A stretch of DNA of 10,435 nt from Octopus sinensis. Taxonomy: Eukaryota. The notes under the pieces were generated by a model. That model was not told the origin of the DNA and ran no database searches. It saw nothing but the letters and a program-made list of their open reading frames with translations. Below are positions 1 through 6,262 of the stretch, piece after piece (position 1 is the first letter of the stretch; each line of letters begins with the position of its first letter). Both the position numbers and the translations under genes were made by a program. The DNA is taken from positions 1-10,435 of the forward strand of contig NW_021827427.1 in assembly GCF_006345805.1 (NCBI RefSeq), read 5' to 3'.

Positions 1-1
1 A

Positions 2-432
2 ATTCTTCTAATTTTGCTCATTCCAAAACTCCATCCCGTTTTTTCTTTTTTCAACATCAAATCACCATTATCTATGGTTTTTCTCATTTATGGCTAAAAC
101 AATATAAAAACACATGAGCAGGGACGTATTTCATATTCCAAAACGTTGCCCATGTTGATATTTGGATATCAACACAGATATTCTTCAAATTTTGCTCATT
201 TCAAAATGCTGTCCGGTTATTTTCTTTTTTCAACATCAAATCACCATTATCTATGGTTTTTTCTCATTTATAGCTAAAAATATTATAAACACACATGACC
301 AAAGGTTTATTTCTCATTCGAAGACATCGTCCCATTTTCCCCCACCTTTTCTTTTCTTAACATCAACCTATCAGTATCCCTGGCTTTGCTCGTTGATAGC
401 TAAAAAGAAGATTACACACATGACCAAAGCGG
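2..432 (-). repeat. Degenerate tandem duplications of the CDS end/3' UTR junction (copies at about 2-123 and 180-305; source about 311-432)
   Basis: caacatcaaatcaccattatctatggttttt occurs at about 52 and 231. atagctaaaaa...acacatgaccaaag occurs at about 270-304 and again inside the CDS at about 397-429. Confidence 0.85.
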
Positions 433-1156
433 CTGTGGTAGCAATGCCGAGCAGACTGATGACCATCGATGTTCGTGAGTGACATTTGGCTTTCTTTTTC
501 TTCCCCTCCTTGAACGCCGATCCTGCCATTAAGGAGAACATAGTAGCCAGCAGACCAAACGGCAGATTGAAGCAGAAGAGCACAAAAAGGGAGAGCACCA
601 GGTTAGTGTCACGTATTTCCGGTTCCCTGGAGTTTTTGCGACCTTTCTTGGTGCTCACGTCCTTCGTCGGCTGGACGACGGTGACTTTGTAGTTTTTGTT
701 CTTCGTGGACTTCTTCTGCTTCTTCTTCGATTTTTTATTATCACAGTCGTTGTTGTTTTGGCCTACCCCTGCCATGTCGACACCAATGCCGGAAATACCA
801 CCAACGTTGTCGTCACTGTCTTCACACCCGCCACATCCGCCACCACCGCTGCAACCACTGCAGCCTCCACTCCCACCACCACCTCCACCACCTCCTCCTC
901 CTCCTCCTCCACTTCCGCTTCCACCAGCACCTCCATCTCCGATTCTAACACTTCCTCCGCCCCCGCTGCATCCACCTCTTAGTTCACATTCTTCTCCGAT
1001 GCATTCCTCCCCGCAGTCCGCAATCACTAAGTTACACTCGTAGTCATCCGGAAGTAGTTTCTCACACTTATCGTCCAATGGTATACTAGAAAAAGATATG
1101 ACGTCATAATCGCTTTCTGATAATGGCTTTTTTTCTGGACTTAGTTCTTGATCCAT
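371..1156 (-). CDS. CD225/dispanin-family (IFITM/PRRT/SynDIG1-like) membrane protein, 261 aa, uninterrupted ORF
   Basis: ATG in strong context (acaaagATGg), with an in-frame TGA 12 codons upstream and a TGA-TAG double stop. Residues 182-254 (RDTNLVLSLFVLFCFNLPFGLLATMFSLMAGSAFKEGKKKKAKCHSRTSMVISLLGIATTAALVMCVIFFLA) follow the CD225 layout: hydrophobic segment with C-x-N-x-P-x-G-x-x-A-x-x-x-S, a short loop with G..A, then a C-terminal TM helix. The N-terminus is acidic and Cys-rich, followed by poly-Gly, a Lys-rich stretch and VTVVQP. Family recognised by eye; orthology not assigned. Confidence 0.88.
   Translation of the reverse strand: MDQELSPEKKPLSESDYDVISFSSIPLDDKCEKLLPDDYECNLVIADCGEECIGEECELRGGCSGGGGSVRIGDGGAGGSGSGGGGGGGGGGGGGSGGCSGCSGGGGCGGCEDSDDNVGGISGIGVDMAGVGQNNNDCDNKKSKKKQKKSTKNKNYKVTVVQPTKDVSTKKGRKNSREPEIRDTNLVLSLFVLFCFNLPFGLLATMFSLMAGSAFKEGKKKKAKCHSRTSMVISLLGIATTAALVMCVIFFLAINEQSQGY
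872..910 (-). repeat. Coding GGA/GGT trinucleotide repeat encoding 13 consecutive Gly (aa 83-95)
   Basis: Plus strand cccaccaccacctccaccacctcctcctcctcctcctcc, in frame with the CDS. Confidence 0.95.
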
Positions 1157-1174
1157 CTTTGTCGAGGTTCGAAC

Positions 1175-1201
1175 CTGTGAAACCTTCTTTCACCTCAACT
1201 G
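1175..1201 (-). promoter_or_regulatory. Candidate splice acceptors upstream of the ATG (tttctagatttcag| at 1199-1201; tttcacag| at 1175-1177)
   Basis: Both are T-rich YAG motifs, 42 and 18 nt upstream of the start codon. They suggest one or more upstream exons. Not verified. Confidence 0.4.
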
Positions 1202-1440
1202 AAATCTAGAAATCTAATGCATTCAACTCTTGCTGATGATAAAACAAACTGGTCTCTCTCGTTTATTACTGGTCTCTCTCTATAATCCATATATGAATAT
1301 ATATATATGCGTATAGCATATATTATCGCATCCGAACAATTAAGCGTATTTTATGCATCCGTGAAATGCAGACGGAAATAAGGAAGGCCTAAATGAAAGA
1401 GCCAATATAAATACATACATAGGTATGTATTTATATTGAC

Positions 1441-1593
1441 ATACACATATACATGTATATTGTTTCTCTCCTTGTTTTTTTTCTGTGTCCCTTTCTGTAG
1501 AAGAGCGTAGGCTCGAAACGTAAAAGACTTTTTCTATCCTGAGCGTTTATACTAATACATCTGTTTGTTTTGTACACCCACCTGTCTTCGTCC
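1441..1593 (+). mobile_element. Penelope-like (pLTR-type) non-coding remnant carrying a hammerhead-like cassette, followed by (AT)n
   Basis: ctgtagaagagcgtaggctcgaaacgtaaaagac...ctgagcg...actaatac. A homologous segment lies on the minus strand at about 6045-6120. The GAAG...CGAAACG signature is characteristic of Penelope-like element repeats (recalled, not searched). Boundaries approximate. Confidence 0.6.
1487..1528 (+). ncRNA. Candidate minimal type I hammerhead ribozyme with A6U core variant
   Basis: Stem I CUUU(1491-1494)/AAAG(1523-1526), core CUGUAGA(1495-1501) plus an extra A, stem II GAGC-GUAG-GCUC(1503-1514), GAAA(1515-1518), palindromic ACGU in place of stem III, and a GUA cleavage triplet (cut predicted after 1522). 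Confidence 0.55.

Positions 1594-1651
<58 letters not shown>
1594..1651. repeat. (AT)n microsatellite
   Basis: Near-perfect AT dinucleotide run. Confidence 0.97.
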
Positions 1652-1844
1652 CTTCTGTCTTTTATAAAATTCTTGTTATTAACGCTTGTGGCCAATATTC
1701 TTCATAAATTGTAATCTTTAAGCCTCACTTCTATTCTCTATCTTCATCTGGTCCGCCATTTCTGAAAATATAGATAAAAAAAACACGTAAATAATATTGT
1801 ATGTAGACAAATATAAACAAAAACAAAAAAGAGAAACAAAAGAC

Positions 1845-2020
1845 AAGAAGTCCAACAATTTAGTGGCGGGTGGTGGATGGGGTGGGGAACGTTGGTTACA
1901 TCGTACCCGGTTCTCATGAGGGTACATGCTTTGCTGAACCTAAAAAGGAAGAAATGCAAAGATGACTTTGGCCGAATTTAAACTCAGAACGTAAGGCCAG
2001 AAGGAATTTCGCTAAGCAGT
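1845..2020 (-). mobile_element. Degraded, 5'-truncated SINE family B copy
   Basis: Minus strand gcttagcg...tacgttctgagttttaaattcggccaaagtcatctttgcatttcttcc aligns by eye to the family B copies at 8828-9550. Confidence 0.65.
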
Positions 2021-2029
2021 TCTCTTAAA

Positions 2030-2149
2030 GCTGGTATTTTATTTCATCGTTTTCTTGTGCCGAACCGCTAGGTTACCGTGACGTAAACACACAAACACAG
2101 ATTGTCGAAAGATGGTGACGAAGAAAGCAAACACAAAGACACACACACA
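2030..2149 (-). mobile_element. SINE family A, 3' half of a split copy
   Basis: gccgaaccgctaggttaccgtgacgtaaacac...gatggtg...caaacacaaagacacacacac matches the same region of the full copies at 3314-3706 and 6566-6945. Confidence 0.75.
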
Positions 2150-2575
2150 GCCCTTCTTGTCTTGTTTTTCCTTGTCCTGTCTTTTACTGCTTATAATTTG
2201 CACTGTCGTTACTGTCCTGTTTTTGTTACCATTTTTTACCCCTCTGCGAAAAGATCTCAGAATTTAATTGATTTGCTTTTCGCAGGAAGGAAAGTTTCTT
2301 GTCGAAGGTACGTCTCGCTTTTATCCTTCGAAACGTAGAGTAGATGAAACCATAGCGGAAAGAAGGGTTTTTTTCTTTTCTTTGTGTTAATTGTCCTGTA
2401 CTCTATTTTTTTGTTGTTTTTAAAAAATGTCCCTTCCTTTGGTTTGTGGTCTGTTTTCGTTTCTCTTGTGTTCGACGTCCTTTTGGTGTCCGTACTCATA
2501 TATGCGTGTATATGTACATGTAGAGGTAGGTACTACATATATGATTATATATATGATATGTTTTTATTTTATTTA

Positions 2576-2580
<5 letters not shown>
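2150..2580 (+). mobile_element. About 430-bp pyrimidine-rich insert (Penelope-like remnant) nested in a SINE A copy; contains a hairpin (2244-2285) and a second hammerhead-like motif (2298-2340)
   Basis: It separates the two collinear halves of one SINE A at its internal microsatellite and contains ttgtcgaagg...ccttcgaaacgta. Confidence 0.5.
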
Positions 2581-2610
<30 letters not shown>

Positions 2611-2770
2611 CGACGTTTTTCAGTTTCTGTCTACCAAATCTACTCACGAAGCTTTGGTCGGCCTTACCTGAGGCTATTGTAGAATACATTGGCACAAGGT
2701 GGCACGCAGTGGGACTGAAATCGGAACTATGTGGTCGGCACGCTAGCCTCTTACCACACGGCCATGCCCG
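2581..2770 (-). mobile_element. SINE family A, 5' half (tRNA-like head and internal AT tract) of the split copy
   Basis: cagtttctgtctaccaaatctactcacgaagctttggtcggcc...gcacgcagtgggactgaa...ttaccacacggccatgcc. Confidence 0.8.
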
Positions 2771-3150
2771 TGAGCTTTGATTATTTTATTTATTTCTCTT
2801 CAATATTTACCCCTAATTCAAGTGCAGTATGCAAAACACGATGTGTGAATCTATCCTTCTTAACATCTGCTAAATCTGTCTTAATAGTGTTATTTAGGTG
2901 CCAATCAGCCAAAGAAATAACGGCATCCGAGATGACAGAAGGCGACTATTAATTCTTGTTTGAAATGATCCGTTGAGAGCGAAGATCAAAGGAATGGCCT
3001 GGAATACAAGGCTTAATGCAGATCAAAAGTACAAAATTGTAATTAGTTATTAATTAAAGACGTGATAAAATATTTATTTATATCCGCGATAACTTCTTAT
3101 TGAATGTGGAAATACTTATCGGAAACGAAAACCAGCTCATGATAAATTTC

Positions 3151-3238
3151 GATTTCAAATGTTGGCACAAGGCCAGCAACTTAGGGGGAGGTGGGTTAGT
3201 CGATTGCAACTCCCCCAGTGGGTAACTGGTACTTATTT
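3151..3238 (-). mobile_element. SINE family B 3' tail fragment
   Basis: Minus strand aataagtaccagttacccactggggg...gctggccttgtgccaacatttgaaa matches the tails at 9240-9325 and 3893-3971. Confidence 0.75.
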
Positions 3239-3313
3239 ATTTGCTTGATCCTACTTTAATAGCCGCATATTTAAATTTCTTTCACATTGTCCGCATACAA
3301 ATAAGCAACATAT

Positions 3314-3706
3314 CTCTTTACTCTTTTACTTGATTCAGTCATTTGACTGCGGCCATGCTGGAGCACCGCCTTTAGTCGAGAAAATCGATCCCAAGACTTA
3401 TTCTTTGGAAGCCTAGTACTTATTCTATCGGTCTATTTTGCTGAGCCGCTAAGTTACGGGGATGTAAACACCACCATCGGTAGTCAAGCAATGGTGGAGG
3501 GACAAATACAGACACACAAACATATAAACACATACGTGTACATATATACGACAGGCTCCTTTCAGTTTCCGTCTACCAAATCCACTCACAAGGCTTTGGT
3601 CGGTCCGAGGTTATAGTAGAAGACACTTGCCCGAGGTGCCACGCAGTGGGAATGAACCAGGAACCATGTGTTTGGTAAGAAAGCTACTTACCACACAGCC
3701 ACTCCT
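3314..3706 (-). mobile_element. Full-length tRNA-derived SINE family A (about 390 bp)
   Basis: Head aggagtggctgtgtggtaag (A-box-like), B-box-like ggttcattccc, CORE-like cctcgggcaagtgtcttc segment, internal (TA/TG)n tract and a (TAAAAGAG)n tail. Closely similar to 5198-5612 and 6566-6945. Confidence 0.92.
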
Positions 3707-3892
3707 CCTTTTTTCACATTTCTCATGAAGAAGCGTGGAATGAGAAGCGATTCTAATTTTTAATAAAAGACAATGGTAGACAGGTGTATCTAGCGTATCT
3801 AATGGTATAAAAGACACCTGGGAAAATTAGATACACCTAAATTTCAACAGCGGGGTTAAAATGATGTCTGAGCCTTAAAAGATTTAATGTAC

Positions 3893-4522
3893 GTTTCAAA
3901 TGTTTGCACAAAATAAGCAGTTTCGGAGAGGCGTTAAGCCGATTGCATCGACCCCAGTGCGCAACTGGTACTTGCACAAGATAAGCAGTTTCGGAGAGGC
4001 GTTAAGCCAATTGCATCGACCCCAGTGCACAACTAGTACTTGCACAAGATAAGCAGTTTCGGGGAGACGCTTAGCCGATTGCATCGACCCCAGTGCGCAA
4101 CTGGTACTTGCACAAGATAAGCAGTTTCGGGGAGACGCTTAGCCGATTGCATCGACCCCAGTGCGCAACTGGTACTTGCACAAGATAAGCAGTTTCGGAG
4201 AGGCGTTAAGCCATTTGCATCGACCCCAGTGCAACACCACTCAGTACTTAGCACAAGATAAGGGTACAGATTTTCGGGGAGACGCTTAGCCGATTGCATC
4301 GACCCCAGTGCGCAACTGGTACTTGCACAAGATAAGCAGTTTCGGAGAGGCGTTAAGCCAATTGCATCGACCCCAGTGCACAACTGGTACTTATTTTATC
4401 GAACCCGAAAGGATGAAAGGTAAAGTCAACCTCAGAGGAATTTGAACACAGAACATGAAGACGGACGAAATGCCGCTCAGCATTATTATGCAGTAGGGTT
4501 ACGATTCTGCCAGCTCGGCGCC
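3893..4522 (-). mobile_element. SINE family B copy whose 68-bp 3' module is tandemly amplified seven times
   Basis: Head ggcgccgagctggcagaatcg starts at 4522, the body runs to about 4390, and the tail end gcaaacatttgaaac lies at 3893-3907. Confidence 0.88.
3904..4390. repeat. 68-bp minisatellite, 7 units (starts 3904, 3972, 4040, 4108, 4176, 4248, 4323)
   Basis: Unit ttgcacaagataagcagtttcggagaggcgttaagccgattgcatcgaccccagtgcgcaactggtac. The junction of units 5 and 6 is damaged. Confidence 0.97.
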
Positions 4523-4884
4523 TTATTAAAACATGTAAAATTTAAATCAAGCTCGCAGCACATTACAAAAATACTACGACTGAAAACTACTATGTTTAAA
4601 AAGTAAATTAGGTTGTGCGAGTATTCCCATAAAAGCTCATTCAGAGGGAGCCTCACAGCCAAAAAACTAATGAGGGACCCAACTTTGCATGTAAGGCCTG
4701 AGTGAGTTTTTGGAGACATGTTTAGAAAAATAGATATTGCGTTTTATATGCCATGAAATAGGTTACTGACGCTCCTGCAGTACATTCTCGCAATGTAGGT
4801 CTATGTTTTACTGGAAGCTTCTATGCTTCTTTACTTGATAGTATTTAATATCTAGTTGTATCTAGTCATAAAGGATCAATGTTG

Positions 4885-5120
4885 TCCCAGAACTATAATC
4901 TCATTAGGCCGGTTTCCAGGATTCTGTGGTGGAAATATCCCTCTCTTGGATCGGACGCTAGTCCGTTGCAGAGATTTACTCATTTTTCTCACTTGAGTGA
5001 ACTGGACCAGCACGAAGTGAAATGTTTTGCACAAGAACACAACGCATCACCCGGCCCAGGATTCGAAACCATAATCTTACGATCATGTGTACAAACAACC
5101 TGATCACTGACCCAGCGCCT
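4885..5120 (-). mobile_element. Degraded tRNA-derived SINE family C with CORE-like and V-domain-like segments
   Basis: Minus strand: B-box-like ggtttcgaatcc, then ttcttgtgcaaaacatttcacttc (CORE-like), then tgcaacggactagcgtccgatcca, which resembles the V-SINE motif gcgatggactggcgtcccgtcca (recalled). Confidence 0.6.
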
Positions 5121-5126
5121 AAAGTA

Positions 5127-5141
5127 TACATACATACATAT

Positions 5142-5197
<56 letters not shown>
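5127..5197. repeat. (AT)n microsatellite between head-to-head SINEs
   Basis: AT/ATAC run. Confidence 0.95.
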
Positions 5198-5199
<2 letters not shown>

Positions 5200-5612
5200 C
5201 TTAGGAGTGGCTGTGTGGTAAGTAGCTTGCTAACCAACCACATGGTTCGGGTTCAGTCCCACTGCGTGGCATCTTGGGCAAGTGTCTTCTGCTATAGCCC
5301 CGGCCGACCAATGCCTTGTGAGTAATTTGGTAGACGGAAACTGAAAGAAGCCTGTCGTATATATGTATATATATATAATTGTGTGTGTGTATATTTTGTG
5401 TGTCTGTGTTTGTCCCTCTATAGCATTGCTTGACAACCGATGCTGATGTGTTTACGTCCCCGTCACCTAGCGGTTCGGCAAAAGAGACCGATAGAATAAG
5501 TACTGGGCTTATAAAGAATAAATCCCGGGGTCGATTTGCTCGACTAAAGGCGGTGCTCCAGCATGGCCGCAGTCAAATGACTGAAACAAGTAAAAGAGTA
5601 AAAGAGTAAAAG
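5198..5612 (+). mobile_element. Full-length SINE family A
   Basis: ggcttaggagtggctgtgtggtaag head, gttcagtccc B-box at 5251-5260, and tail gaaacaagtaaaagagtaaaagagtaaaag. Confidence 0.93.
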
Positions 5613-6044
5613 TATATATATATATATATATAGCAATATATATATATAGCAATATATATGGAACTATATAAGTCACTTAAATGTAAGCCTGAAGACTTTA
5701 ACGAACTTTTTTCGTTTTCTTTCTTTGCCTTTCTTTTCCCTCTTATCATTCTGAAGATGTTTATTAAATGTAACGAGGTAAATGTATATTTACTCCGATT
5801 TGATAAACAGAAACAGCTGTAAATGGTTCCAAGCTACAATTAAACAATGACTTTTTAACACCAGTGATCCACTTCTCATTGTTAATTTGCTCCATTCTTA
5901 TCCATATATAATAATATATATATATATATATATATATATGATAAAATAATATATTATATATATATACAAAGTTCAAATTGTCCAAAGAAAAAAAAAAACA
6001 CAGGTAATAGAGACAGATGAGTGAAGAAGAAAGAAAGAAGGAAG

Positions 6045-6120
6045 ATATTAGTATTAGTTGCCGCTCAGATAAAATAGAATCTTGAGACGTTTCGAGCCTG
6101 TGCACTTTTTACAAAGGAAT
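6045..6120 (-). mobile_element. Degenerate third hammerhead-like cassette (Penelope-like remnant; element extends further, limits unclear)
   Basis: Minus strand cctttgtaaaaagtgcacaggctcgaaacgtctcaagattctattttatctgagcggcaactaatac aligns to 1490-1558. Confidence 0.6.
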
Positions 6121-6187
6121 GAGGAGAGAAAAGAGATGGGGGAGGGAAAAAACGGAAAGAAAATAAGGTGTCTGGACTGCACATGTA

Positions 6188-6262
6188 GAATATATATATA
6201 TATATATATATACATACATATATATATAGATTTATATATATATATATAATAGATATATAATA
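6188..6262. repeat. (AT)n/(ATAC)n microsatellite
   Basis: Visible dinucleotide run. Similar runs occur at 5613-5660 and 5897-5965. Confidence 0.93.

Noticed and set aside
696-1043. Plus-strand poly-Pro ORF (and overlapping ORFs 758-982, 763-975, 486-692, 162-482)
   Set aside because: These are antisense or alternate-frame shadows of the Gly-rich dispanin CDS, with non-ATG starts and no domain.
1165-1176. 12-bp palindrome aggttcgaacct with a tRNA T-loop-like look
   Set aside because: Too short and isolated; expected occasionally by chance.
1233-1260. CTGATGA as a canonical hammerhead core
   Set aside because: No stem II or GAAA box follows. The same applies to ctgaaga near 5689 and 5752.
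1718-1759. MADQMKIENRSEA as an N-terminal extension of the dispanin
   Set aside because: The only plausible donor joins out of frame to both downstream acceptors.
3896-4383. ORFs 3896-4084 and 4033-4383
   Set aside because: They are frame-rotating translations of the 68-bp satellite.
3904-4390. CRISPR-like array
   Set aside because: Units are wholly repeated with no unique spacers, derive from a SINE tail, and sit in a eukaryotic context without cas genes.
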